Source of the DNA: Rhizobium sp. Q54
GTDB lineage: Bacteria; Pseudomonadota; Alphaproteobacteria; Rhizobiales; Xanthobacteraceae
Length of the DNA stretch: 64,000 bases
Assembly: GCA_945907045.1 (NCBI GenBank)
Contig: CAMDSH010000019.1
Span: 649 to 64,648, forward strand
Reading direction: 5' to 3'
A model generated the notes under the pieces. It ran no database searches and had not been told where the DNA came from. It saw only the letters and a list, made by a program, of their open reading frames with translations. Both the position numbers and the translations under genes were made by a program. Positions 9,105 to 16,974 of the stretch are shown here, in pieces; the stretch's first letter is position 1, and each line of letters starts with the position of its first letter.

Positions 9105-10121
9105 ATGTCGCACAAGAAAAAAATTCAGGCGGCCTTGCTGGCCGCGCTATTGCTCGCTCTCGCCGCTCCGTCCACGCAGGCGCAAGACGCAAAAAAAATC
9201 GTCGTCGCCGCGCCCGGCATTCCGCCGATCTACGCCTCGGTCATTCTCTACGTCGCCGAGAAGGAAGGCTTCTTCAAGAAATATGGCGCGAATGTCGAGA
9301 TCAGGCCGTTCGACACCGGCACCGCCGCCTCGCGCGCGGTGCTCACCGGCGACATCGAAGTCGCGCTCGCGCCGACATCGCTCGTCATCAATCAAATCTC
9401 CAACGCCAACGCCAACGTCGTAACTTTCTACGGCTTCCCGAGCCCGGACTGGGTGTTGGCCTCCACCGACCCGACGAAAACGAGTTGCAAGGACCTTGCC
9501 GGTCAGCCCGTCGGCGTCGATGCCATCGGCGCGGCGCGCTCGATTGCGCTCCGCATTATGCTCTCGGGCGGCTGCCCCGACGTGAAGATCGAGGACATGC
9601 AGCAGGTGCCGCTCTCTTCCAACACCGCTCCCGCCATGGTCGCAGGACGCCTGAGCCTCGGCGTGCTGCATCTCGACGATCTCGCCGTGCTGGCGGTGCA
9701 GGGCAAGAAGACGAATCTTGTGCTTGAGATGAAGAAAACCAATCCGACCAGCCATTATCTCATCGCGGTCGCCCGTCAGGACAAGCTCGCGGAAAGCCGC
9801 GATTCTTATGTTCGCTTCCTTGCAGGCATGATCGAAGCCGCGCGCTTCATGCAGGACCCGAAAAACGCCGACAGGGTCGCCGACGCTGCCGCGCCCACCG
9901 GCCACAGCAAAGAGATCAACAAGGCGGCGCTCAAGCAGTTCCTCGACATCGGCTTCTGGGCGGCGAATGACGACGGCCTCGAGAAAAAGAAGCTCGACGC
10001 CATGATCGCGGTGTCGGTGAAGACCGGCGGCATCCAGCCCGGCAAGGAGCCGGTGAAATACGAGCGGCTGGTCGATCAATCGGTCTGGAAAGACGCCGAC
10101 GCGCTGACCAAGAAGAAGTGA
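9105..10121 (+). CDS. ABC transporter substrate-binding protein (NMT1/THI5-like), paralog 2
   Basis: ATG after GGGAGGA. Signal peptide ...LLLALAAPSTQA. Collinear similarity with the 6477-7478 protein (e.g. GIPP..., YVAEKEGFFKKYGANVE, LEMKKTNPTSHYL, GGIQPGKE). Confidence 0.88.
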   Translation: MSHKKKIQAALLAALLLALAAPSTQAQDAKKIVVAAPGIPPIYASVILYVAEKEGFFKKYGANVEIRPFDTGTAASRAVLTGDIEVALAPTSLVINQISNANANVVTFYGFPSPDWVLASTDPTKTSCKDLAGQPVGVDAIGAARSIALRIMLSGGCPDVKIEDMQQVPLSSNTAPAMVAGRLSLGVLHLDDLAVLAVQGKKTNLVLEMKKTNPTSHYLIAVARQDKLAESRDSYVRFLAGMIEAARFMQDPKNADRVADAAAPTGHSKEINKAALKQFLDIGFWAANDDGLEKKKLDAMIAVSVKTGGIQPGKEPVKYERLVDQSVWKDADALTKKK

Positions 10122-10128
10122 CTCCGGA

Positions 10129-11202
10129 ATGTCGCAAGGGAAGGCGCAAGACGCCCAGCTTAAGACGGCGGCGACGCATTGGGCGCATCGCCTCGTCACC
10201 AATGGCGTCATCCTGGCGGACTACCAGGACATCACTTCGTCAATTGAATCATGGAGCGAGTGGTGCGCCGCCTGGTCGAGGCGCGCCGAACTGCATGAGG
10301 GCATGGGGCGCGAAGCGCTGGCGAAATCTCACCGCCAGAGCGCGGCGGAGCATCTCACCCGCGCCGGGCTCTATTATCACTTCGGAAAATTCCTCTTCGT
10401 CCACGATCTCGCGCAGATGAAGGCCGCGCACATGAAGGCGGTGGAATGCCGCCAGCTCGCGCTGCCGCATCTCGATCCGCCCGGCGAGCGCGTGGAAATT
10501 CCGTACGAAGGAAAACATCTCGCCGCCATTTTTCGCAAGCCGCCCGGCGTTGCGCGCCCGCCGGTCGTCGTGATGGCGATGGGCCTCGACTCCTGCAAGG
10601 AGGAAATGGACGGCCTTGAAGCCACTTTCCTGACGCGCGGGATGGCGACGTTGTGCTTCGACGGGCCCGGACAGGGCGAAGGCGAGTATGATTTCGCCAT
10701 TCGCGGCGATTACGAAGTCGCCGTCACCGCCGTGATCGACTGGCTGCAATCGCGCCGCGATGTCGATCTCAATCGCATCGGCCTGTGGGGCGTCAGCCTT
10801 GGCGGATACTACGCACCGCGCGCTGCCGCGTTCGAGAAGCGCATCAAGGCCTGCGTCTCGCTCTCCGGTCCCTACGACTGGTCGGATTGCTGGGACAGCA
10901 TGCCGGATTTGACGCGTCTCGCGTTCAAGGTGCGCAGCAAATCGGCGAGCGATGAAGAGGCCAAGAAAAAAGCGGCGACGCTCTCGCTCAAGGGCGTTGC
11001 GTCAAAAATCACATGCCCGATTTACATCGTCACCGGCAAGCTCGACCGCGTGATTCCGTGGGAGCACTCCGACCGCCTCGCGCGCGAGGTCAAAGGCCCG
11101 GTCGAATTGCTGCTCGTCGAGGACGGCACGCACGTCGTGAACAACCGTCCGCACCGCTACCGCCCGCAAACGGCGGATTGGCTGGCGGAGAAGCTGCGCT
11201 AG
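10129..11202 (+). CDS. alpha/beta-fold hydrolase (FrsA/DUF1100-like esterase or C-C hydrolase class)
   Basis: 357 aa. Nucleophile elbow GVSLGG, later ...GKLDRVIP... and ...DGTHVV... as candidate Asp and His. No signal peptide. Last gene of the same-strand run 4932-11202. Confidence 0.8.
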   Translation: MSQGKAQDAQLKTAATHWAHRLVTNGVILADYQDITSSIESWSEWCAAWSRRAELHEGMGREALAKSHRQSAAEHLTRAGLYYHFGKFLFVHDLAQMKAAHMKAVECRQLALPHLDPPGERVEIPYEGKHLAAIFRKPPGVARPPVVVMAMGLDSCKEEMDGLEATFLTRGMATLCFDGPGQGEGEYDFAIRGDYEVAVTAVIDWLQSRRDVDLNRIGLWGVSLGGYYAPRAAAFEKRIKACVSLSGPYDWSDCWDSMPDLTRLAFKVRSKSASDEEAKKKAATLSLKGVASKITCPIYIVTGKLDRVIPWEHSDRLAREVKGPVELLLVEDGTHVVNNRPHRYRPQTADWLAEKLR

Positions 11203-12371
11203 ACGCGCGCAAAGCCTCGCGGGAACGCGTGCAGCCGCTCGACCCCGGTTTTCGTAATCAGCACCAACTCGCCCGTTTGCACGCCGGCCTTGCCGTCACG
11301 CGTCACGACGTTGGGCTGGATCACCACCGTCTGCCCCGCCTTGAACGGCTCATCAGGCACCGGCCCGGCGGGACGGCTTTTGCTTCCCAAAATCGGCGGC
11401 AGATAGCCGCCGCCGTAACCGTGCAGCAGATCGTCGATGATGGTGAAGCCGCGTTCTTCGATCACGCCTGAGGCTTCGATGACTTGCGCAGGCGTAGCGC
11501 CATCTTTCAAAACAGCGGCAATCGCATCGAAGGCGGCGTCCGCGGCGTCGTGCAGATCACGATAGAGCTGCGTCGGTTCCTCGCCGACCGTGAAACTGCG
11601 CAGCACCTGCCCCGGATGCTCCCAGAACGCGGCAGTGATTTCCGCTGTCACCACATCACCTTTCGCGATCTTGCGCGTTGAGGGGAACTGCCGTGGCACG
11701 GCGACCTGCGGATCGCGCATCGGTGTCGCGCCGATATAATGGATCACGTTCGTTGCGCCGTGCGCGACATAGGCGCGTTCGACCAGATCGCCCAGTTCGC
11801 GTTCGTTGCGCCCCGGCTGCAAGCCATCGCGCAGCGCCGCCATGCCCAAATCTGAAAAATGCGCGCCGATGCGCAGCCAGTCGATTTCCTCCGCTGACTT
11901 CACCTGCCGCAGTTTTACATAATCGCGGCTCAAGTTTTTCAGCGCGCCGAACTTGGCGGCGAGCGCCGCGTGCTGATCGACGCTCAGCGGCCCGATGAAG
12001 GCAACGCCGCCGCTGCGCGCCTTGCGCTGCTCCAGCACGGCGATGGCCGCGCGGATCGAGGATTCGCCGCCCCATGCCACATCGGCATCGCTCGCAAGAA
12101 TCTTCGCCTGCGGCGCGTGATTGACGTATTGCACGAACAGCGCGTCGCGCGCTCCCGGCGAAAACACGCCAACGGCTTCCGCCGTCACCGGCCATTGCGT
12201 CAGCCATTGCACCGCCGAGCCAAAACGGTTGGCGCCGCAAAACACCAGATGCTCGCAGCCCGCTTGCGCCAGCACGGCCTCGATGGCCGCACGGCGCCGC
12301 GCCATCTCGGGATGAGAAAAGCGCGGGTACTCGGCTTCGACAATGCGGGCGAGATTCGGGGCAAGGACCAT
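11199..12371 (-). CDS. M24-family (creatinase/Xaa-Pro peptidase fold) protein with non-canonical metal-ligand positions
   Basis: ORF 11199-12458. The ATG at 12371 (MVLAPNLARIVEAEYPRF...) fits a creatinase-N plus pita-bread domain layout. See the finding on ligand substitutions. Confidence 0.8.
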   Translation of the reverse strand: MVLAPNLARIVEAEYPRFSHPEMARRRAAIEAVLAQAGCEHLVFCGANRFGSAVQWLTQWPVTAEAVGVFSPGARDALFVQYVNHAPQAKILASDADVAWGGESSIRAAIAVLEQRKARSGGVAFIGPLSVDQHAALAAKFGALKNLSRDYVKLRQVKSAEEIDWLRIGAHFSDLGMAALRDGLQPGRNERELGDLVERAYVAHGATNVIHYIGATPMRDPQVAVPRQFPSTRKIAKGDVVTAEITAAFWEHPGQVLRSFTVGEEPTQLYRDLHDAADAAFDAIAAVLKDGATPAQVIEASGVIEERGFTIIDDLLHGYGGGYLPPILGSKSRPAGPVPDEPFKAGQTVVIQPNVVTRDGKAGVQTGELVLITKTGVERLHAFPRGFARV

Positions 12372-12448
12372 TTCGTTTATTCTGTCATGGCCGGGCTTGT
12401 CGCTGATACGGAAAAAGCTAACGTGCACCCGGCCGACAGGAGACCCTA

Positions 12449-13798
12449 ATGCCCTCAACGATCCTCGATTCCGCCGTGTTCCGCGACATCTTCACCACGC
12501 CCGCCATGCGCGAAGTGTGGTCGGACGAAACGCGCGTGCAGAAATATCTCGATTTCGAGGGCGCGCTGGCGAAGGCGCAGGCCAAGCTCGGCATCATCCC
12601 CAGGGACGCGGCGGCGGAAATCCGGCGGCACTGCTTCGCCAAGCAATACGACATGGCAAAACTGAAATCGCAGACCGAGAAGATCGGCTATCCGGTGCTC
12701 CCGGTCGTGCAGCAGCTTGTGAAGCTGTGCAAAAAGGGTCTCGGCGAATGGAGCCACTGGGGCGCCACGACGCAGGACATCACCGACTCCGCGACCATCA
12801 TGCAGATCAGCGACTCGCTCGATCTGATCGAGAAAGACCTCGACGCGATCAGCAATTCGCTGGCGAAGCTCGCCAAACGCTACCGCGACACGCCGATGGC
12901 CGGGCGCAGCAATCTGCAGCAGGCCGTGCCGATTACTTTCGGCTACAAGATGGCGACGATGCTCTCGGCGTTCGAGCGCCACCGCCAGCGTCTCAAGCAA
13001 ATGCGCCCGCGTGTTCTGGTCGGCGAATTCGGCGGCGCCGCCGGCACGCTCTCCTCGCTCGGCAAGCAAGGCCTGAAGTGCCAGGCCGCGCTGATGAAGG
13101 AGCTCAAGCTCGGCCAGCCGGAAATTTCCTGGCACACGGTGCGCGACCGCATCGCGGAGGTCGGCTGCTTCCTCGGCCTCGTGACCGGAAGCTGCGCCAA
13201 GATCGCCTTCGACGTGAAGCTGATGATGCAGACGGAAGTCGAGGAAGTGTACGAGCCGTTCCACGAGGGACGCGGCTCATCGTCCACGATGCCGCAGAAG
13301 CGCAATCCGATTTCATCCGTCTACATCACCGCGCAGGCGGCGGTGGTGAAGCAGCACGTCGCGGCGCTCCTCGAAGCGCAGGTGGAAGACCACGAACGCT
13401 CCACCGGCCCGTGGGAAATCGAATGGATCGTGCTGCCGGACATCTTCATGCTGTCGGCAGGCGCGCTGGCGCAGACGCGTTTTCTCGTCGGCGGTCTTCA
13501 GGTCAATACGAAGAAGATGAAAGAGAACCTCGGCATCACCAAGGGTCTCATCATGTCGGAGGCGGTGATGATGGGGCTCGGGCCTTATCTCGGCCGCAAC
13601 CGCGCGCACGATCTGGTTTATGACATCTGCCGCAAGGTGATCGCGACCGGGCGTCCGCTCAACGAATTGCTGGCGAAAGACAAGGAAATTTCCAAGCACC
13701 TCACCCGCAAGCAGATCGACAAGCTTACCGATCCGGCGAATTACCTCGGCGTTGCCGGCGGCATGGTCGACCGCGCGTTGCGGATGCGGAAGCCCTAA
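12449..13798 (+). CDS. class II fumarase/aspartase-superfamily lyase (3-carboxy-cis,cis-muconate cycloisomerase / adenylosuccinate lyase-like)
   Basis: 449 aa. N-terminus (F...MREVWSDE..VQ.YLDFEGALAKAQA.LGIIP) and the flexible-loop signature GSSSTMPQKRNP are typical of PcaB/PurB relatives. Confidence 0.85.
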   Translation: MPSTILDSAVFRDIFTTPAMREVWSDETRVQKYLDFEGALAKAQAKLGIIPRDAAAEIRRHCFAKQYDMAKLKSQTEKIGYPVLPVVQQLVKLCKKGLGEWSHWGATTQDITDSATIMQISDSLDLIEKDLDAISNSLAKLAKRYRDTPMAGRSNLQQAVPITFGYKMATMLSAFERHRQRLKQMRPRVLVGEFGGAAGTLSSLGKQGLKCQAALMKELKLGQPEISWHTVRDRIAEVGCFLGLVTGSCAKIAFDVKLMMQTEVEEVYEPFHEGRGSSSTMPQKRNPISSVYITAQAAVVKQHVAALLEAQVEDHERSTGPWEIEWIVLPDIFMLSAGALAQTRFLVGGLQVNTKKMKENLGITKGLIMSEAVMMGLGPYLGRNRAHDLVYDICRKVIATGRPLNELLAKDKEISKHLTRKQIDKLTDPANYLGVAGGMVDRALRMRKP

Positions 13799-15051
13799 TT
13801 CCCGCGCGGCATCGTTTTCCAGATCGCCAGCGCCACGAACAGCGTACCCACGCCGATCGCCAGGAACAGCATCGGGATCGTAACGCCCTGCTTTTGCAGG
13901 ATCGCGACCAGCACCGTGGCGGATGTCATGGCGGCCGCGTTGAGCACATTGACAGCGGCCACCGTGCGCGCTCGAAAGTCGGAGCCGGCCCAGGCCTGCA
14001 CCGCCGCGAACACCGGCACGATGTAGAGCCCGCCGCCTATCGCCAATCCAATGAGATCGATGGCGGCGCGAATGCCGCGCGCGGATGTGAGTACGTCCAT
14101 CGGTCCGGACAGTTTCGCGGCCTCGGCAACACCATAGGTGCTAAAGCCGGCATCGAACGAAAAGACGCCGAGCAGCACAGCGCCGATCACGGCAGTCGAG
14201 AGCACGATGCGCCCGCGCGCGCGCAAGGCCGCAAGACCGGAGCCGACGCCGACCGCTATGGAGAATATCGCGAGGTAGGCAGTGATCGCTTCCTCGTCGC
14301 CGCTGAGCAGCGTCTTCACCGCGGGCGGCAGCAGCGAGAGAATGACGATGCCCACCGCCCAGAACCAGCTCGTCACCATCGCGCCCCACCACAGCCGCGA
14401 ATCGGCGCGCAGATGGCGGATGAGCGACGCGGTCGAGGCGGCGATGTTGCGCGAGACCTTCAGATGCGGCGCGCCCTCGCCGCTCGGCGGGATCAGCAGG
14501 CTGGCGCACCAGCACAGCACGGCGAAGCCCATCACCAGCACGGAGAAAGTCGCGCTGTCGCCTCCGCCTTTCGCCGCGATGCCGCCCGTGATGGTGCCGG
14601 TCAGGATCGCGATGAAGGTCGCGCCCTCGATCAGCGCGTTGGCCGTGGGAAGCTGCGACTTCTCCAGATGATCGGGCAAGATTCCGTATTTGATCGGGCC
14701 GAACAGCGAAGCGATCGTTCCGAAACAAAACAGCGCGACAAAGAGAATCTCGATGGATTGCAGCCAGAACCCGGTCACCGCGACAGACGCCGCGGCGATC
14801 TCCATGAATTTCAGCCGCTGCGCCACATGCGCCTTGTCGTAGCGGTCGGCGATTTCGCCGCCCAGCGCAGAGAGAAAAAAGTACGGCGCGATGAACACCG
14901 CGCCCGCGAGCGTGATCAGCGCCGCGCCGTCCGTCCCGCCGATGTGAAACAGAATCAGAAAGACCAGCGAGGTCTTGAGGAAATTGTCGTTGAACGCCGA
15001 AAAAAACTGGCACCAGAACAGCGGCGCAAAGCGCCTTGAGAGCATCAGCAT
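13795..15051 (-). CDS. MFS transporter (LplT/lysophospholipid-transporter-like)
   Basis: 418 aa, about 12 TM. N-terminus RRFAPLFWCQFFSAFNDNFLK is typical of the LplT-type MFS subgroup. Confidence 0.8.
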   Translation of the reverse strand: MLMLSRRFAPLFWCQFFSAFNDNFLKTSLVFLILFHIGGTDGAALITLAGAVFIAPYFFLSALGGEIADRYDKAHVAQRLKFMEIAAASVAVTGFWLQSIEILFVALFCFGTIASLFGPIKYGILPDHLEKSQLPTANALIEGATFIAILTGTITGGIAAKGGGDSATFSVLVMGFAVLCWCASLLIPPSGEGAPHLKVSRNIAASTASLIRHLRADSRLWWGAMVTSWFWAVGIVILSLLPPAVKTLLSGDEEAITAYLAIFSIAVGVGSGLAALRARGRIVLSTAVIGAVLLGVFSFDAGFSTYGVAEAAKLSGPMDVLTSARGIRAAIDLIGLAIGGGLYIVPVFAAVQAWAGSDFRARTVAAVNVLNAAAMTSATVLVAILQKQGVTIPMLFLAIGVGTLFVALAIWKTMPRGN

Positions 15052-15100
15052 GAAAAGGGAGCCCGGCGATCGAGGCCGTCACCTAAGCATCTTTTTTTGA

Positions 15101-15138
15101 AAACTGGAAAGCAAAAGGGGCGGCCCGAAGGCCGCCCC
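15101..15138 (-). terminator. Rho-independent terminator downstream of the 35-aa micro-ORF
   Basis: On the minus strand: GGGGCGGCC-TTCG-GGCCGCCCC (9-bp GC stem, tetraloop) followed by TTTTGCTTTCCAGTTTTC. Confidence 0.75.
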
Positions 15139-15178
15139 AGATACGACGCGTCAAACGCAACGCTACAAACGATGCCGC

Positions 15179-15286
15179 TTAGTAATAGCGGACCTGTTCG
15201 CCGGACTGGCCCGGCTGCATGACGATTGCCGCCACGCTCAGGACCACGGCAGCGGCCATGACGATGGTGAAAAGCGAGATCCACAT
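15179..15286 (-). CDS. 35-aa hydrophobic micro-protein (single predicted TM helix)
   Basis: ATG at 15284-15286, 6 nt after a GGAGGAGG Shine-Dalgarno. Encodes MWISLFTIVMAAAVVLSVAAIVMQPGQSGEQVRYY. 30 of 35 codons end in G/C. Has its own terminator 40 nt downstream. Below the ORF-track length cutoff. Confidence 0.6.
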   Translation of the reverse strand: MWISLFTIVMAAAVVLSVAAIVMQPGQSGEQVRYY

Positions 15287-15388
15287 GACGAACCTCCTCC
15301 TCTTAGTGTTTTTGGCCCCAGGCGGGGCTTCTGCGGGAATAAACGCGCAAGGGTGCGCGCGGGTTCCCGGCTTTCAGGCGACGCTAAG

Positions 15389-16186
15389 CTATTGATTATG
15401 CAATGAGGATTTCAGGTTCGTGAGCATGATACGCAGTTCCAGCTCGCGGAACTCGACGAATATGCGCCGCACCCAGCGCTGCATCTCCATGTGGATGTCG
15501 AGCGGCATGTCCATCATCGAGGTGGAGTTGGAATCGGAAAACGAGAACGGCCGCTTGTCGATGTATCGCTTCATTCCCGGCGCCAGCACCGAAAGATAAA
15601 TGGGCACCGAAGCGCCGCCGATGGGCGGAAACATGTCGCGATGCTGCACCTTGCCCGCCGCCTCGTTGTGCACAGGCACGATCGTTGTGCGATCGAAATG
15701 CCGCTGCAGTTTTGCGTAGGCATCCATCGCGGAACGGTCCGGCGAGGTTACAAACAAAATGGCCGGCGCGATCGAGCGCCGTTGCGCCTCGCCGACGAAA
15801 TCGATCTCACGCGCCACTTCAAAAAATGTCTCGAACGCATTGGGGCCGAGATCGATCACCTTCGATACGCCGTCACTGGCGATCAGCCGGTCGAACAGCG
15901 CCATCTTGCCTTTGATGTTGTCTATCTTCGCCGCCACGGCATAGCCGGGCAGGAATTGCGTCAGATCCGGATCGGGATTGAGGTCGAACGCCGCCACTTC
16001 GCGGCCGTTGGTGAGATAAAAATCTGTCAGCAGACGTGCCACCAGCGTCCTGCCGACGCGCGGACGCGGCGAGCAAACGACGGTCACGGAAGTGGCGGCG
16101 GTAGCGGGCCTCATGGCATGGCGGCTTTGGATCGGAACCGTTCGATCCGGCATCGGGTTGTCGGACGCGAGCCTAGCATTGCTCAA
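15389..16186 (-). CDS. ParA/MinD-like protein with degenerate Walker A (putative pseudo-ATPase paralog)
   Basis: 265-aa ORF (TTG at 16186; in-frame ATGs at 16153 and 16114 are alternative starts). Collinear with the upstream ParA-like protein, but its P-loop reads CSPRPRVGRT instead of GADKGGVGKT. The Walker-B-like VIDLG is kept. Confidence 0.7.
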   Translation of the reverse strand: MSNARLASDNPMPDRTVPIQSRHAMRPATAATSVTVVCSPRPRVGRTLVARLLTDFYLTNGREVAAFDLNPDPDLTQFLPGYAVAAKIDNIKGKMALFDRLIASDGVSKVIDLGPNAFETFFEVAREIDFVGEAQRRSIAPAILFVTSPDRSAMDAYAKLQRHFDRTTIVPVHNEAAGKVQHRDMFPPIGGASVPIYLSVLAPGMKRYIDKRPFSFSDSNSTSMMDMPLDIHMEMQRWVRRIFVEFRELELRIMLTNLKSSLHNQ

Positions 16187-16215
16187 GCCGCCGTTGCCTG
16201 GAGAATGGCCGCGCC

Positions 16216-16974
16216 CTAGCCGGCGACTTGACGGACGTTGCCTTCGGTCTTCGCGGCAACAAGCTCCGGCAGTTTCACCCGATCGAACTCGCCCCAGACA
16301 TTGCCGAGCCAGTGGCGGACGTAACCGCGCAGCACGAATGAATAGTTGGCGGCATCGCCCTTGCTGTTCTTGTTGGCGACGAAGGTAACGAACGGCACGG
16401 ACGCGACCTCAACCTGCTCGCACGCCATTTCGTCGAGCTTGGGGATGGTGATCTCGTGCGCGCCTTTGATCTTGTTGAAGTAGGCGTCGTAGGTCGCCGG
16501 GTCCCAATCGAAGAACGTGGTGTTGTTGATGAAGTTCTTCACCAGGAAATAATTCGCGTCGCCGACGAACTGCGCGGTCTCGGCGATTTCGTCGAGCGAA
16601 GCGATCGACGGCCCGAGAATGTGGAAGACCGAGAAGATGATCTGGCCTTTTTTCGCCGAATCCAGAAATCCGATGTCGCGCAACGCGGCAAGTGTCGGAG
16701 ACAACAGACCGGCGCGAATGTCGATCACCGTCACCTTCGCCTCGGCGCTGCCGAGCGTGTCGAAGATTTTCATCTGATCGGGAACGGTGGTGACGTCCAC
16801 GACCTCGGTGATGTCGGGATGGAACCGCTTGAGCGTTCCACGCGGAGATTCCGTGTCGAAGGCGCGGGTCGGAATGTTATGGGCGGTGAAATAGTCGAGC
16901 AGCGTGCGCGCGACCGTCGTCTTACCGACGCCGCCCTTGTCGGCGCCCACCAAAATCACTGCTGGCTTAGCCAT
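16216..16974 (-). CDS. ParA/MinD-family P-loop ATPase (orphan, small)
   Basis: 252 aa. Deviant Walker A ILVGADKGGVGKTTVARTL and a Walker B-like VTVIDIRAG. No ParB or Min partner nearby. Confidence 0.85.
   Translation of the reverse strand: MAKPAVILVGADKGGVGKTTVARTLLDYFTAHNIPTRAFDTESPRGTLKRFHPDITEVVDVTTVPDQMKIFDTLGSAEAKVTVIDIRAGLLSPTLAALRDIGFLDSAKKGQIIFSVFHILGPSIASLDEIAETAQFVGDANYFLVKNFINNTTFFDWDPATYDAYFNKIKGAHEITIPKLDEMACEQVEVASVPFVTFVANKNSKGDAANYSFVLRGYVRHWLGNVWGEFDRVKLPELVAAKTEGNVRQVAG

Noticed and set aside
7593-9113. 506-aa minus-strand ORF across both ABC permease genes
   Set aside because: Antisense artefact. It is extremely Arg/His/Asp-rich with no domain features, whereas the plus-strand permeases have clear TM and EAA-loop features.
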